Origin: an uncultured Chloroflexia bacterium
Lineage (GTDB): Bacteria > Chloroflexota > Dehalococcoidia > DSTF01 > JACRBR01
NCBI GenBank assembly: GCA_963736015.1
Contig: CAVTNG010000004.1
Coordinates: 39,920-103,919, forward strand
Length of the DNA: 64,000 nucleotides
Direction of reading: 5' to 3'
Both the position numbers and the translations under genes were made by a program. Within the stretch, counting starts at the first letter, position 1. Each line of letters starts with the position of its first letter. This document shows positions 11,178-21,747 of the stretch, one piece after another. The notes below the pieces were generated by a model. That model saw nothing but the letters and a program-made list of their open reading frames with translations. It searched no databases and was not told where the DNA came from.

Positions 11178-11265
11178 TCCGCGTCTCCCTCCCCTGCCCG
11201 CGAGATCGCGGCAAAATCCGGGCACACAAAAGGAGGCGCCACGGCACCTCCGTCAAAGCGCGGCA

Positions 11266-11294
11266 AGTCTAACGCGCGACCCTACCTCGATCAA
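11266..11294 (-). promoter_or_regulatory. Sigma70-type promoter of hppA
   Basis: TTGATC-N17-TAGACT on the minus strand. Confidence 0.6.
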
Positions 11295-11407
11295 GAATTC
11301 GCGACGCTACTGCCAGGTCTTACGTCAAGCCGTTGCCTTTGGCCGCAGTGGGCGCGAATGCGCGAGCCCGGCTGGCGTGGCCAACACTCCACGCCCGCCG
11401 GGCGTTG

Positions 11408-12970
11408 CTACTTGTGGCAGCGCTGTCCCACCTGCCTTGCTGCCTCCATGACGTCCAGCATGTTGACGTGGCCATCGCCGTTGAGGTCGAAGCGAGCGTC
11501 GTAGGCCTTCTTGCCTCGATGCTGGGCCACCATCAGCACGTCGAGCCAGGTAACCACGCCGTCACCCGACAGGTCGGCGCACGCGTGGCGGTCCTTCTTC
11601 TTCTTCGGCGTGGGCGTCGCCAATGCAGTCTTCGTAGACGTCGGAACCGCAGTGTTCGTCGCCGTCGAAACAGGCGTGCGCGTCGCCGTCGGTGGCACCG
11701 CCGTGCTGGTCGACGTGCGCGTCGCCGTCGGTGGTATCGGCGTGCTGGTCGACGTCCGCGTCGCCGTCGGTGGCACCGGCGTGCTGGTCGAAGTCCACGT
11801 CGCCGTCGGAGGCACCGGCGTGCTGGTCGACGTCCGCGTCGCCGTCGGTGGCACCGCCGTGCTGGTCGACGTTCGCGTCGCCGTCGGCGGCACCGGCGTG
11901 CTGGTCGACGTGCGCGTCGACGTCGGCGGCACCGGCGTGCTGGTCGACGTCCGCGTCGCCGTCGGCGGCATCGGCGTGCTGGTCGACGTGCGGGTCGCCG
12001 TCGGCGGCACCGGCGTGGTGGTCGACGTCCACGTCGCCGTCGGCGGCACCGGCGTGCTCGTTGCCGTCGCGGTCGACGTGGACGTCGGCGTCTCCGTTGG
12101 TGCGACGCCAGCCGTGAAACTCGTATCGTGGGACAACGTGACGGCAGCGCCTGAGGCTACGGTCCGATCCCAGTTGATGGCGATGCCGGCCGGTAGCAGC
12201 GTCGTGCATACGCAAGTGTCGGGCAGGTTCCCGTGCAGTGCGATAGCCGACCAGACATCGCGATACCACGCCTCGATGCGGTGATCTGCGGGGGTGATCG
12301 GAGCGAACGCCAGCGTCCGCCCGCCGGGCACGTTGTTTGCGTTCTCCGCGCAGCCGGCGCCGTTCGACGTCGTGGCCACCCCGAAGCTGGTGAATGCGTC
12401 GGCCAGGTAGCACTGTGCGCCGCGGTACAGGTACGCGTGGGCCGGCGCCACGCCATTGTTCTGGACGGTGATATCGGTGCGATAGGAGAGGTCGCCCGCG
12501 ATGTAAGAGTCGGTCTGCGTCAGCGTGAGTCCCGTGGTTCCCGCGCCCACCGTTGTCGTCACACGATACGGGTCACCGGACGTGCCGCTGCCCGTCACTC
12601 CTGACTGGCTGATCGGTGTGAACACAGTGTAGGAGCCGAGGAACAGCGTGCTCGTGCCGTCGTGGCTGAAGAAGTCAGGCGCGTACAGTACGCCGTTGAC
12701 GGCGAGCATCGTCCCACAATCTGCGGGTGTGATCGACGAAGGGTAGATGCTCATGCCCTCATCGCCGCCGACGGCAACCTGGCACGACAGGTCGTTGCTG
12801 ACATACACATGGTCGAGTGGACCGGCACCGATGTCGAGGATGACCGGTGGCGCTCCGCTCGCATCGCGCGCTGACAGCGCGGCGAGAGAAAACGCTATGG
12901 CCGCAATAGCGACGACGAGAAGCAGGACGCGGGCGGATCGAACGTGGGTGGCGAACTGGTGCAGGCGCAT
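11408..12970 (-). CDS. Secreted protein with Pro/Thr repeat linker and C-terminal dockerin/EF-hand-like domain
   Basis: Signal peptide; TRTSTSTPVPPTA repeats; twin ADLSGDGVVTWLD and DLNGDGHVNMLD loops. Confidence 0.8.
   Translation of the reverse strand: MRLHQFATHVRSARVLLLVVAIAAIAFSLAALSARDASGAPPVILDIGAGPLDHVYVSNDLSCQVAVGGDEGMSIYPSSITPADCGTMLAVNGVLYAPDFFSHDGTSTLFLGSYTVFTPISQSGVTGSGTSGDPYRVTTTVGAGTTGLTLTQTDSYIAGDLSYRTDITVQNNGVAPAHAYLYRGAQCYLADAFTSFGVATTSNGAGCAENANNVPGGRTLAFAPITPADHRIEAWYRDVWSAIALHGNLPDTCVCTTLLPAGIAINWDRTVASGAAVTLSHDTSFTAGVAPTETPTSTSTATATSTPVPPTATWTSTTTPVPPTATRTSTSTPMPPTATRTSTSTPVPPTSTRTSTSTPVPPTATRTSTSTAVPPTATRTSTSTPVPPTATWTSTSTPVPPTATRTSTSTPIPPTATRTSTSTAVPPTATRTPVSTATNTAVPTSTKTALATPTPKKKKDRHACADLSGDGVVTWLDVLMVAQHRGKKAYDARFDLNGDGHVNMLDVMEAARQVGQRCHK
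11675..12060 (-). repeat. About nine tandem 39-bp coding repeats (13-aa PT unit)
   Basis: Unit gtcgccgtcggtggcaccggcgtgctggtcgacgtccgc, contiguous, no unique spacers. Confidence 0.9.
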
Positions 12971-13105
12971 GGCGTAGGTCCTCTGGTCAACGGATTTGGC
13001 ATGGTTCAGACCCCCTCCAACCCTTACCGACATACTCGGCTATCCCGGGATGTTCTGAGCGAGGAGCGGCCATACGCTGCGTACCGTCGCGTCGGCACGG
13101 GCGCG

Positions 13106-13134
13106 TTGACACTCAACAGAACGGGTTGTATTCT
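13106..13134 (+). promoter_or_regulatory. Sigma70 promoter of the MaoC/SDR operon
   Basis: TTGACA-N17-TATTCT; near-palindrome TGACGTGCACGTGA at 13150-13163 may be an operator. Confidence 0.7.
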
Positions 13135-13185
13135 CGTGACCTGCAAACCTGACGTGCACGTGAGACTTGGCCAAAGAGGTGCTGC

Positions 13186-13683
13186 ATGACTCAGGCGCCC
13201 AATTCAGTTATCACCGATGAAATGCGAGCCGCTATCGGGGTCGAGGGGCCTCCCGTGACGCTCGAGGTCGAGAAGACGAACTGCCGCATGTTCGCCCGCT
13301 CGGTCGGCCACACGGATCCCGTCTTCTACGACGAGGCGGAGGCGAAGGCGCGCGGCTATCGCGGCATCCTCGCCGCCCCGGGCTTCATGGGCACGCCCGC
13401 GTTCCGTCCGGGCGGCGGTGGCGGCGCGCCAGGAGAGATGGGCGGGCGCGGCTTCTCGATCCCGTACAAGCGCGTCCTGAATGGCGGGACGGACTATGAG
13501 TACTTCCCCGATGAGGACGTGATCTGCGCCGGCGACACGATCACCGCGCGGTCGCGCATTGCCGGATTCGAGGAGACCGAAGGCAGCCTCGGTCCAATGC
13601 TCATCACGAAGCGCGAGACGACGTACACCAACCAGAACGGTAAGGTCGTCGCCAGGATGTACGGAACGACAATTCAGTACTAA
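13186..13683 (+). CDS. MaoC/FAS1-like dehydratase N-terminal subunit (HadA-like)
   Basis: FARSVGHTDPVFYDEAEAKARGYRGILAAP; LNGGTDYEY. Confidence 0.85.
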   Translation: MTQAPNSVITDEMRAAIGVEGPPVTLEVEKTNCRMFARSVGHTDPVFYDEAEAKARGYRGILAAPGFMGTPAFRPGGGGGAPGEMGGRGFSIPYKRVLNGGTDYEYFPDEDVICAGDTITARSRIAGFEETEGSLGPMLITKRETTYTNQNGKVVARMYGTTIQY

Positions 13684-13702
13684 CGCCCGGACGAGGTGCG
13701 CG

Positions 13703-14134
13703 ATGGCAAACCAGATCTACTTCGAGGACGTTCGCGAGGGCGAGGAGATCCCGCAGCTCAAGAAGAACTGCAGCACGCAACAGCTCGTCCTGTGGGCAGC
13801 GGGTTCGGGCGACTTCTACCAGATTCACTACGACAAGGACTTCGCACAGCGGACCGGGCTCAAGGGGCTGATCGTGCACGGCGCGCTGAAGAATGCCTTC
13901 CTCGGCCAGTTGCTTCACGACTGGATAGGTGAAAAGGGACAGCTTCGAAAGTTCGGCTGCTCGTATCGGGGCATGGACGAACCGGACCAGGACATCCTCT
14001 GCCGCGGCATCGTGACAAAGAAGTACAGCGAGAACGGCAAGAACTTCGTCGAGCTGGACGTCTGGACCGAGAAGCCGGACGGCAAGAAGACGTCGCCCGG
14101 TACGGCGGTCGTCACGCTTCCGGCGCGCTCCTGA
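13703..14134 (+). CDS. MaoC-family (R)-hydratase catalytic subunit (HadB-like)
   Basis: SGDFYQIHYD hydratase-2 motif; IVHG. Confidence 0.87.
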   Translation: MANQIYFEDVREGEEIPQLKKNCSTQQLVLWAAGSGDFYQIHYDKDFAQRTGLKGLIVHGALKNAFLGQLLHDWIGEKGQLRKFGCSYRGMDEPDQDILCRGIVTKKYSENGKNFVELDVWTEKPDGKKTSPGTAVVTLPARS

Positions 14135-14233
14135 GACTGGCTGAAGCGCACCTTACTGGCGCCTAGCATCGCCGAGCGCAACAATCTCCAACCGCAAAGC
14201 ATCGCGCAGTCCAGACGAAGAAACGAGGACACG

Positions 14234-14728
14234 TTGGCCGAACCCTTCGAGATCACCGACGAGATGCGGGCGCAGTACGGCGTCGACAGCGAGCCGTGGA
14301 CGTACGAGGTCACGACGACGAGCGTGCGCATGTACGCCCGCGGCATCGGCTCGGACGACCCGATCCACTACGACGTGGAGTTCGCGAAGTCGCAGGGCTT
14401 CCGCAGCATCGTCGCGCCCATGGGATACCTGGGGACACCCGTGTTCCTGCCCGGCAAGAACGACCCCACGTTCGGATTCCCTCGGCGGGAGGGCGGGCCG
14501 CGGCTGAACATCCCCTTCAGGGGGCTGCTCGACGGCGGCACCGAGACGGAGTACCTCGACTACATCTGTGCGGGCGACGTGCTCGAGGAGACGTCGCACC
14601 TCGCGGACCTCAAGTTGCGGGATCGCCCGGGCGGGCAGATGCTCTTCGTCACGAATGAGGCGGTGTACAAGAACAAGCAGACCGGCAAGGTCGTCGCGAA
14701 ACAGCGGCTGACCTCGATCCACATGTGA
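14234..14728 (+). CDS. Second MaoC/FAS1-like N-terminal subunit
   Basis: YARGIGSDDPIHYD; LDGGTETEY; paralog of 13186. Confidence 0.85.
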   Translation: MAEPFEITDEMRAQYGVDSEPWTYEVTTTSVRMYARGIGSDDPIHYDVEFAKSQGFRSIVAPMGYLGTPVFLPGKNDPTFGFPRREGGPRLNIPFRGLLDGGTETEYLDYICAGDVLEETSHLADLKLRDRPGGQMLFVTNEAVYKNKQTGKVVAKQRLTSIHM

Positions 14729-14740
14729 TAGCGGTACCGG

Positions 14741-14763
14741 GTAGGGGCGCAGCCTGCTGCGCC
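14741..14763 (+). repeat. GTAG-type REP-like palindrome
   Basis: GTAG followed by GGGCGCAGC-CT-GCTGCGCC; single copy seen. Confidence 0.5.
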
Positions 14764-14782
14764 GGACCAAAGGAACGACGTA

Positions 14783-15220
14783 ATGGCTGACCAGACCTAC
14801 TTTGAGGACGTGAAGGAAGGGCAGGAATTGCCCGAGATCAAGATCCTCCCGGACAAATCGCAACTCGTGAAGTTCGCTGCCGGCAGCGGCGACTTCAACC
14901 CGCTGCACTTCGACGAGAACTTCCCGATGCTGAAGGCCATGGGCCTCAACGACAACATCGTGCACGGTCGATTCAAGTACGCGCAGGTTGGGCGCGTCGC
15001 CTTCACTCTCGCGGGCTACAAGGGCCGCGTGAAGCAGTTCGGTGTCAGCTACCGCGGCATGGACATCATCGGAAAACCGGTTACCGCGGGCGGCGCCATC
15101 ACGGCGAAGCGCCAGGAGAACGGCGAGAATCTCGTCGACGTCGACGTCTGGACGATGGACGGCGACGGTAAGAAGACCACGCCCGGCACCGCCACGATTG
15201 CGCTGCCGTCGCGCGGCTAA
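14783..15220 (+). CDS. Second MaoC-family catalytic subunit
   Basis: SGDFNPLHFD; IVHG; paralog of 13703. Confidence 0.87.
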   Translation: MADQTYFEDVKEGQELPEIKILPDKSQLVKFAAGSGDFNPLHFDENFPMLKAMGLNDNIVHGRFKYAQVGRVAFTLAGYKGRVKQFGVSYRGMDIIGKPVTAGGAITAKRQENGENLVDVDVWTMDGDGKKTTPGTATIALPSRG

Positions 15221-15235
15221 GGCTTACGAATCGCG

Positions 15236-16226
15236 ATGGGCGCGCTCGAAGGTAAGATGGCGGTCGTCACGGGCTCCGGCCGCGGCATCGGCCGCGGCAT
15301 CGCGATGCTGTTCGCGCGTGAGGGCGCGAAGGTCGTAGTGAACGACCCCGGCGTGAACATCGACGGCTCCGGCAACGACGCCGGCCCTGCCGACGGAGGT
15401 CGTGTACGAAATCAAGGCGCGCGGGCGGCGAGGCCGTCGCGAATCGCTGACGCGGTCGCCACGGTCGACGGCGGCGAGAACATCATCAAGACTGCCTCGA
15501 CAACTACGGGCCGCATCGACATCCTCGTCAACAACGCGGGCATCCTGCGCGACCGCATGGTGTTCAACATGGCCGAGGAAGAGTGGGACGCGGTCATCGA
15601 CGACGCACCTCAAGGGCCACTTCAACTGCACGTCAAGCCGGCAGCGATCCTCATGCGCCAGCAGCGCTACGGCCGCATCATCAACTTCACGTCGGGGTCA
15701 GGGCTTGATCGGCAACGCAGGGCAGGCGAACTACGCCGCCGCCAAGTCCGGCATCGCCGGCTTGACGCGCGTCGTCGCGAAGGACCTCGGCCGCTACGGC
15801 GTCACCTGCAATGCGATAGCGCCGGGCGCTGCGACGCGGCATGACGCAGCAGGTGCCGGACTCTGCCCGCGAGCTGCGGGCCCGCGCGGGCATCAGCGGC
15901 CCCGGCGGAGCGATGCGGGCGCCGGCGGCGCCGATGCTGCGCGATCCGGAGACGATCGCGCCGATGGCGGGCTACCTGGCGAGCGACGAGGCATGGAACA
16001 TCAACGGCCAGATCTTCCACGTCGCGGGCGGCACGGTCGGCCTCTGCGTGGCACCCGACGCCGTTCCGCACGGTCTGGAAGGCCGACATGTGGACGCTCG
16101 ACGAGTTGTGCGAGATCATCCCGCGCCAGCTGATGGCCGGCATCGCGAACCCGGCGCCGCCCCCGCCCGACCTCGAGGTCGCCGGCCGGCGAAGCTGCGG
16201 CTGCGCCCGCTGGAGGCGCATCATGA
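15236..16226 (+). CDS. SDR oxidoreductase (MFE-2-like hydroxyacyl-CoA dehydrogenase type), several frameshifts
   Basis: VTGSGRGIG, NNAGILRD, GQANYAAAK across frames. Confidence 0.8.
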
Positions 16227-17200
16227 GTGGGCGGCTCGACGGCCGGGTTGCCATCGTTACCGGCGGCGGGCGCGGCATCGGCCGCGGCGTGGCGATGCTG
16301 CTGGCGCAGGAAGGCGCGAGCGTCGTCGTCAACGACTACGGCGTGAACGTCGACGGCACGGCGCCGACGTCCGGACCGGCGAACGAAGTCGTCGAGGAGA
16401 TCCGCTCGGCGGGCGGCAAGGCCGGCGCCAACGCCGACACCGTCGCGACCGTCGAGGGCGGCGAGGACATGATCCAGCAGGCGCTCGACGAGTTCGGGCG
16501 GCTCGACATCCTGGTCAACGTCGCGGGGATCCTGCGCGACCGCATGATCTTCAACATGAGCGAGCAGGAGTGGGACGATGTCATCGCCGTGCACCTCAAG
16601 GGCCACTACTGCACGACGAAGCCGGCATCGATTGTCTTCCGGCAGCAGCGCTAGCGGCCGCATCGTCAACTTCTCGTCGATCTCGGGCCTGGGCGGCCTG
16701 CCCGGCCAGTCGAACTACGGCGCCGCGAAGGCCGGCATCGCCGGCTTCACGCGCGTCGTCGCGCGCGACCTCGGGCGCTACGGCGTGACCTGCAACGCGA
16801 TCGCGCCGGGAGCGGCGACACGCATGACGGCGACGGTGCCCCAGAACACGGCGCAGCTCCGCGCCCGTGCGGGCACCGCGCCCGGTGGTGCAGGCAGCGC
16901 CGCGCGCCATCGACGGTGCCGCCGATGCGCGAGCCCGAGTACGTCGCGCCGATGACGGTATTCCTCGCCTGCGACGAGGCCTGGAACATCAACGGCAAGA
17001 TCTTCTACGTCGCCGGCGGCCGCATCTCCCTGGCGCACGAGGAGGTGCCGATGCGCCAGATCATCAAGCAGGGCATGTGGACCATCGACGAGCTGCGCGA
17101 CCTTGTGCCGTCGCAGCTCATGTACGGAATGGTGAACCCGGCGCCGCCGCCGCCGGATCTGGATCTGCCGGGTCGGCCTGCTGTGCCCACAACAACTTGA
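16223..17200 (+). CDS. Second paralogous SDR oxidoreductase, frameshifted
   Basis: VTGGGRGIG, NVAGILRD, GQSNYGAAK; C-terminus NPAPPPPDL shared with the upstream paralog. Confidence 0.8.
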
Positions 17201-17210
17201 TCATGTCGGC

Positions 17211-17944
17211 GTGAGGCTCTCGGCAACGCTGGCTATTGCCTGCGCGGCGCTGTTCTTATTGCGTGCGGCGATGTCGCCAACAGGAAGACGAGTGCGAGCT
17301 CGCCGACGCCCGCAGTTGCGGTCGCCGAGCCCCTTTCTCAGGTCTTTACGGGAGCCTTCCGTTGCGTTGTGCTAGATACCCGACGGATGGACGGTGACGT
17401 CTTCTCACGGGCTGGGAGATGACTACCCCGCCGGTTGTCCTGGGTTCCCGAATTCCGACCGAGAGCGAGACCCAGGATGACTGTGAGCACCGAGCAGGCG
17501 ACGTTGTGAGTGGCGTGATCGCGCTGAGTGGACGAGGACGCGTCCCGCGGCAGCTCAACGGATCGGCGCCTGACGCAGGGATTTCACGGTGGCTCCAACG
17601 ATGCCCGACCATCGATCGGGATGTACAACTCCGCCTCAAGTACCAGGCGCATCCGACCGCGACGACGTGGCATCCTATCCCAGTAGCGTTGCAGGGCGCG
17701 CTGCAACGTGCGTCGAGTGGACCAATCCTGTCGAGGATGGGCGACCCGAGGCGACGCACTATCTTCAGTGTTTCTTCGAAGTCCAAGGCACTCTCTATTC
17801 GTTCGACGCGGGCGTCACTTAACGACGAGTGGTCAGATTTGTCCGCAACGTTCAAAGAGATGGGCACCAGCCTCGAAGTCAACGAGATTCCGCCATGCTC
17901 ATCCCCTGACTTCCCAACCGCCAGCACGCAACTACTGCAACTGA
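17211..17944 (+). CDS. Probable lipoprotein of unknown function, frameshifted, boundaries uncertain
   Basis: Hydrophobic start and IACG lipobox; later frames read VAGRAATCVEW...YLQCFFEVQGTLYSF...DEWSDLSATF; visibly less GC-rich than flanks. Confidence 0.4.
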
Positions 17945-18026
17945 CTGCGGTTGGGGAATCCCCCATAGGCGATCATGCACGTTACGTGCGAAGATCGCAC
18001 TATGAGCCCCCGCGCCGCCGCCGCGA

Positions 18027-19003
18027 ATGCCACTCGCCGGACCTGAGCCCGACGCCCTGCTCGCGCGCTATCTCGACGTGCTGGCGGCGGAGCGAAACCT
18101 CTCGCGGTTCACGGTGCGGAACTACGGTCAGCGACCTGCGTCACTACTTCGCCTGGCTCGAGGCTGAGTCGATCGAGTTGACGGCGGTCACGCGGCCGCT
18201 GTTCCGCGGGTACATCGCATCATTGCAAGACGACGGCGTGGCGCAGGGCAGCGTCATGCGGCGCGTCAGCACCGTGCGCTCGTTCTATCGCTGGCTGCGA
18301 CTAACCGACGTGATGCACGACGACCCGCTCGTGCTGGTTAGCGGCCCGAAGCAGGCGCGGCGGCTTCCGCACGTGCTGACGCTGGCCGACATCACGAATC
18401 TCATCGCCGCCGCCGACGGCGACCGGCCGGCCGACCTGCGCGACCGCGCCCTGCTCGAGCTGATGTACGCCTGCGGCCTGCGCGTCGTCCGAGGCCGCCA
18501 CGCTCGACACGAACGCCGTCGACCTCGAACAGCGGACGGTCATCGTCACCGGCAAGGGCAACAAGCAGCGCCTCACGGTGATGGGCGAGCCGGCACGCGC
18601 CGCGGTCGAGCGATATCTGCGCCGCGGACGGGGCGGCCTCGCGAGGCGGCAACGTCGAGCCGGCGCGAGTCGACCGCCGGCGCGTTCTTCCTCAACCGCA
18701 GCGGCGGGCGCGCTCTCGCAGCGCGCGATCCAGCTCATCGTGCGCAAGTACGCGCTCGCCGCCGGCATCGATGCGCGTGTGCACCCGCACCTCCTGCGCC
18801 ACACCTTCGCGACGCACCTGCTCGACGGCGGTGCGGAGCTGCGCGTCGTGCAGGAGCTGATGGGTCACAGCAACCCCAACACGACGCAGATCTACCTGCA
18901 CGTCACCGAGGAGCGGCAGCGCAAGGTGGTCGAGGGCTCGCTCGACGAGCTGGCGGCAGTCGAGCAGGCGCGCCGGACGCTCGCGCGGGAACGGCGCATG
19001 TAG
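18027..19003 (+). CDS. XerC/XerD-type tyrosine recombinase, frameshifted
   Basis: ERNLSRFTVRNY, RDRALLELMYACGLR, GKGNKQR, HPHLLRHTFATHLL, LMGH, TTQIY. Confidence 0.88.
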
Positions 19004-19087
19004 CCCGAACAGGGCCGGGCGGCCGTTGCCTCGCGCTGCTCGTCACGCAAGACTGAATGCAGGTCACACATATCAAGGGAGCCAGAC

Positions 19088-19378
19088 ATGCCACTCTACT
19101 TCGTCGAACACCGCCACACCGCCGAGACCTGCCCCACGAAGCAGCCCGAGATGATGCAGATGCTCGGCAAGCATGTCTCGCAGCCGAACGCCGACACCTA
19201 CGACATCACGATCCAGGCCGACGTCGTGCATCCCGGCGAGCACTGGATGAACATGGTGCTCGTGGCGCCGGAGCAGTCGAACGTCGACCGCTTCATGGAG
19301 CCGTTCAAGATGGTCGGCACCGTATCGGTGAAGGAAGTCACGACCTGTGAGAGCGTGGTCGCGACGGCGAAGTGCTAG
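19088..19378 (+). CDS. Small hypothetical protein (DUF3303-like alpha/beta barrel)
   Basis: 96-aa ORF with SD; HRHTAETCP motif. Confidence 0.65.
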   Translation: MPLYFVEHRHTAETCPTKQPEMMQMLGKHVSQPNADTYDITIQADVVHPGEHWMNMVLVAPEQSNVDRFMEPFKMVGTVSVKEVTTCESVVATAKC

Positions 19379-19501
19379 CCAAGCGGACATAGCGCCGCCG
19401 ATGCCGTCCAACCAGCTGGCATGACATAGTGCGGGTGAATCCGTCCGCGCAGTCGATGTGATACGCTTGGCTCCGACCGGGGCATCCGCGACACCACGGG
19501 G

Positions 19502-20285
19502 GTGGGCAGTATCAACCGGCAGGTCCGGAGGGCGTGGGAGCTTATCTATCTCCTCACGCTCCGTGAGCTGAAACTCCGCTACCAGGACACGTTCTTCGGG
19601 TTCCTCTGGTCGCTCATCCGCCCCCTCCTTCAGGGTGCCGTCCTCTTCGTCGTCCTGAAGCTCTTCATCCGCATCGATGTCGATGACTATGGCCTCGTGC
19701 TCCTGACGGGGTTGTTTCCCTGGACCTGGCTGCAGGTGTCGTTGATCCTGGCCGTGGCCTCGTTCGCCTCGAATGGCGCGCTCATCAAGAAGGTGTACTT
19801 CCCGCGCTTCGTCTTGCCGCTGGCGACCGTGCTCAACAACGGCGTCCAGTTCGCGCTGTCGGTCCCCGTGATCCTCATCCTTCTCGTGATCAGCGAGCTA
19901 CCGCCCGGACTGGACGTGGCTGATCGGCATCCCCTATCTGCTCGCGGTCGAGGCGCTGCTCATCATGGGCATCGTCCTGTTCATCGCGTCGCTCAACGTC
20001 TACTTCCGCGACCTGGAGCACCTCACGGACGTGTTCGTCGGGCTCATCTGGTTCTACCTGACCCCGGTCATCTACCCGCTCTCGATCGTGCCGGAGAAGT
20101 ACCAGGACTGGATTCTGCTGTTCAACCCGATGGCATCGCTGATTGAGGGGTGGCGGAACCTGTTCCTGCATAACCAGCTTCCCGGCGCCGACCTGGTCCC
20201 CGCGCTCCTTTTCGCCGCCGGCTTCGCGGTCCTCGGCTCGTTCTCCTTCCGCAAGCTCGAGGGAGGCTTCGCCGATGCGCTCTGA
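19502..20285 (+). CDS. ABC-2 polysaccharide export permease (Wzm/TagG-like), frameshifted
   Basis: RELKLRYQDTFFGFLWSL, IKKVYFPR, WFYLTPVIYP, NPM. Confidence 0.88.
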
Positions 20286-21096
20286 CCTCGAGTCGGATGT
20301 GGCGATCGCCTTCGACGACGTCTCGAAGCACTACTCACTCTCGTTGCAGCGGGAGGCCTCGGACTTCAAGACGATGGTTCTGCACCTGCCGCGCTTCGTG
20401 TCGAACGCGCGGCGCCCGTTCGTGGCGCTCGACCATGTCACCCTGCGGGTGAAGCGCGGCGAAAGCCTGGGCATCATCGGCCCGAACGGATCCGGCAAGA
20501 GCACGACGCTCCGCGTGATGTCGGGCATCACCCCGCCCACCGCTGGTACGGTCACCGCGAACGGCCGCATCTCGGCGCTGCTCGAGCTGGGATCGGGCTT
20601 CCATCCGCAGATCAGCGGCCGCGAGAATGCGATCCTGAACGCCGTGCTGCTGGGCCTGACGCTGTCCGAGGCCCGCGATGTACTTCCGCAGATCATCCAG
20701 TTCTCGGAACTGGGCGACTTCATCGACCAGCCGATGCGTACCTATTCGTCGGGCATGTTCTTCCGCCTGGGATTCTCGGTGGCCGTGCACGTCAAACCAG
20801 AGATCCTGCTGATCGACGAGGTGCTCGCCGTCGGCGACGCCGAGTTTCAGAAGAAGTGCATGGACCACATCCACGGCCTGCGCGCCAAGGGCGTAACGCT
20901 GGTCCTGGTAACCCATGACATGCTGAGCATGCCGAAATTCTGCGACCGCGGCATCCTCCTCGAACGGGGCCGCGTCACCGATGAGGGCACGCCGCAGCAG
21001 GTCGTGCACAACTACCTCGAGCGCGTCGAACGGCTACTCGCGCTCGCGGCCGTCGAACAGCAGGAGCTGAAGCTCGCGCAGGTGGCCTCGTCATGA
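20275..21096 (+). CDS. Polysaccharide export ATPase (Wzt/TagH-like)
   Basis: GPNGSGKST, YSSGM, IDEVLAVGD. Confidence 0.92.
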   Translation: MRSDLESDVAIAFDDVSKHYSLSLQREASDFKTMVLHLPRFVSNARRPFVALDHVTLRVKRGESLGIIGPNGSGKSTTLRVMSGITPPTAGTVTANGRISALLELGSGFHPQISGRENAILNAVLLGLTLSEARDVLPQIIQFSELGDFIDQPMRTYSSGMFFRLGFSVAVHVKPEILLIDEVLAVGDAEFQKKCMDHIHGLRAKGVTLVLVTHDMLSMPKFCDRGILLERGRVTDEGTPQQVVHNYLERVERLLALAAVEQQELKLAQVASS

Positions 21097-21747
21097 TGGT
21101 GCGGCTCGACTTCGACGCTCAAATGCGCGAGCCGGGGCGCGCCCTTCGCGTGGCGCCGCGGCCAGCACCCGGCGTCGCCATCATCGCAGAAGCATCGCCG
21201 CATATGCCGTTCGGGACCGGCACCGTCGATGAACTGTTCGTCGGCCGGGCGATCGCACATCGCACCGACATCGCAGGCACGCTCGACGAGCTGTGGCGCG
21301 TCGCCCGGCCGGGGGCGCTCGTGCATCTCACGCTGCCGCATGCGTCGTCTGTGATCGCGATGTCGCGCGACCCGCGTCCGCGTGCCGATGCTCACGCTGA
21401 ACACGTTCAACCACTATGACCCGCGGACGAAGCCCGCAGACGCGCCCGAGACAGCGTTCGTCATCGAGCGGGCGAGGCTCCGGGTCGCCGGCTTTCGCGG
21501 CGATGACGCAGGCCTCGCCCTGGCACGTGGCCCCTTCGCACAGATCATCGAGAAGCTGGCGAACGGCAGCCGCGGGAGCCAGTATCGGTTCGAGCGCTGG
21601 TTCGCCGCGCTCATCGGCGGCTTCGAGGAGTTCGATGTGGTGCTCTCGGTCGTGAAGGAGCGCGGGCCGATACAGGACGCGGATCACGCGCCCGCACATG
21701 CTATCGAGACAAGGGCGCAGCCAACGAGAGCGACTGAGCGATGGTGA
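21093..21747 (+). CDS. Degenerate methyltransferase-like protein, frameshifted
   Basis: LDELWRVARPGALVHLTLPH is type-11 MTase-like; no clear SAM motif I. Confidence 0.55.

Noticed and set aside
11675-12060. Repeat array as CRISPR
   Set aside because: Contiguous in-frame 39-bp coding units with no spacers and no cas genes
16650-16656. Internal TAG in the second SDR
   Set aside because: The paralog has cgctacggc where this has cgctagcggc, a one-base insertion
17419-19056. 545-aa ORF as a large novel integrase
   Set aside because: Chimera of the lipoprotein, spacer and Xer frames caused by indels; no att sites or cargo
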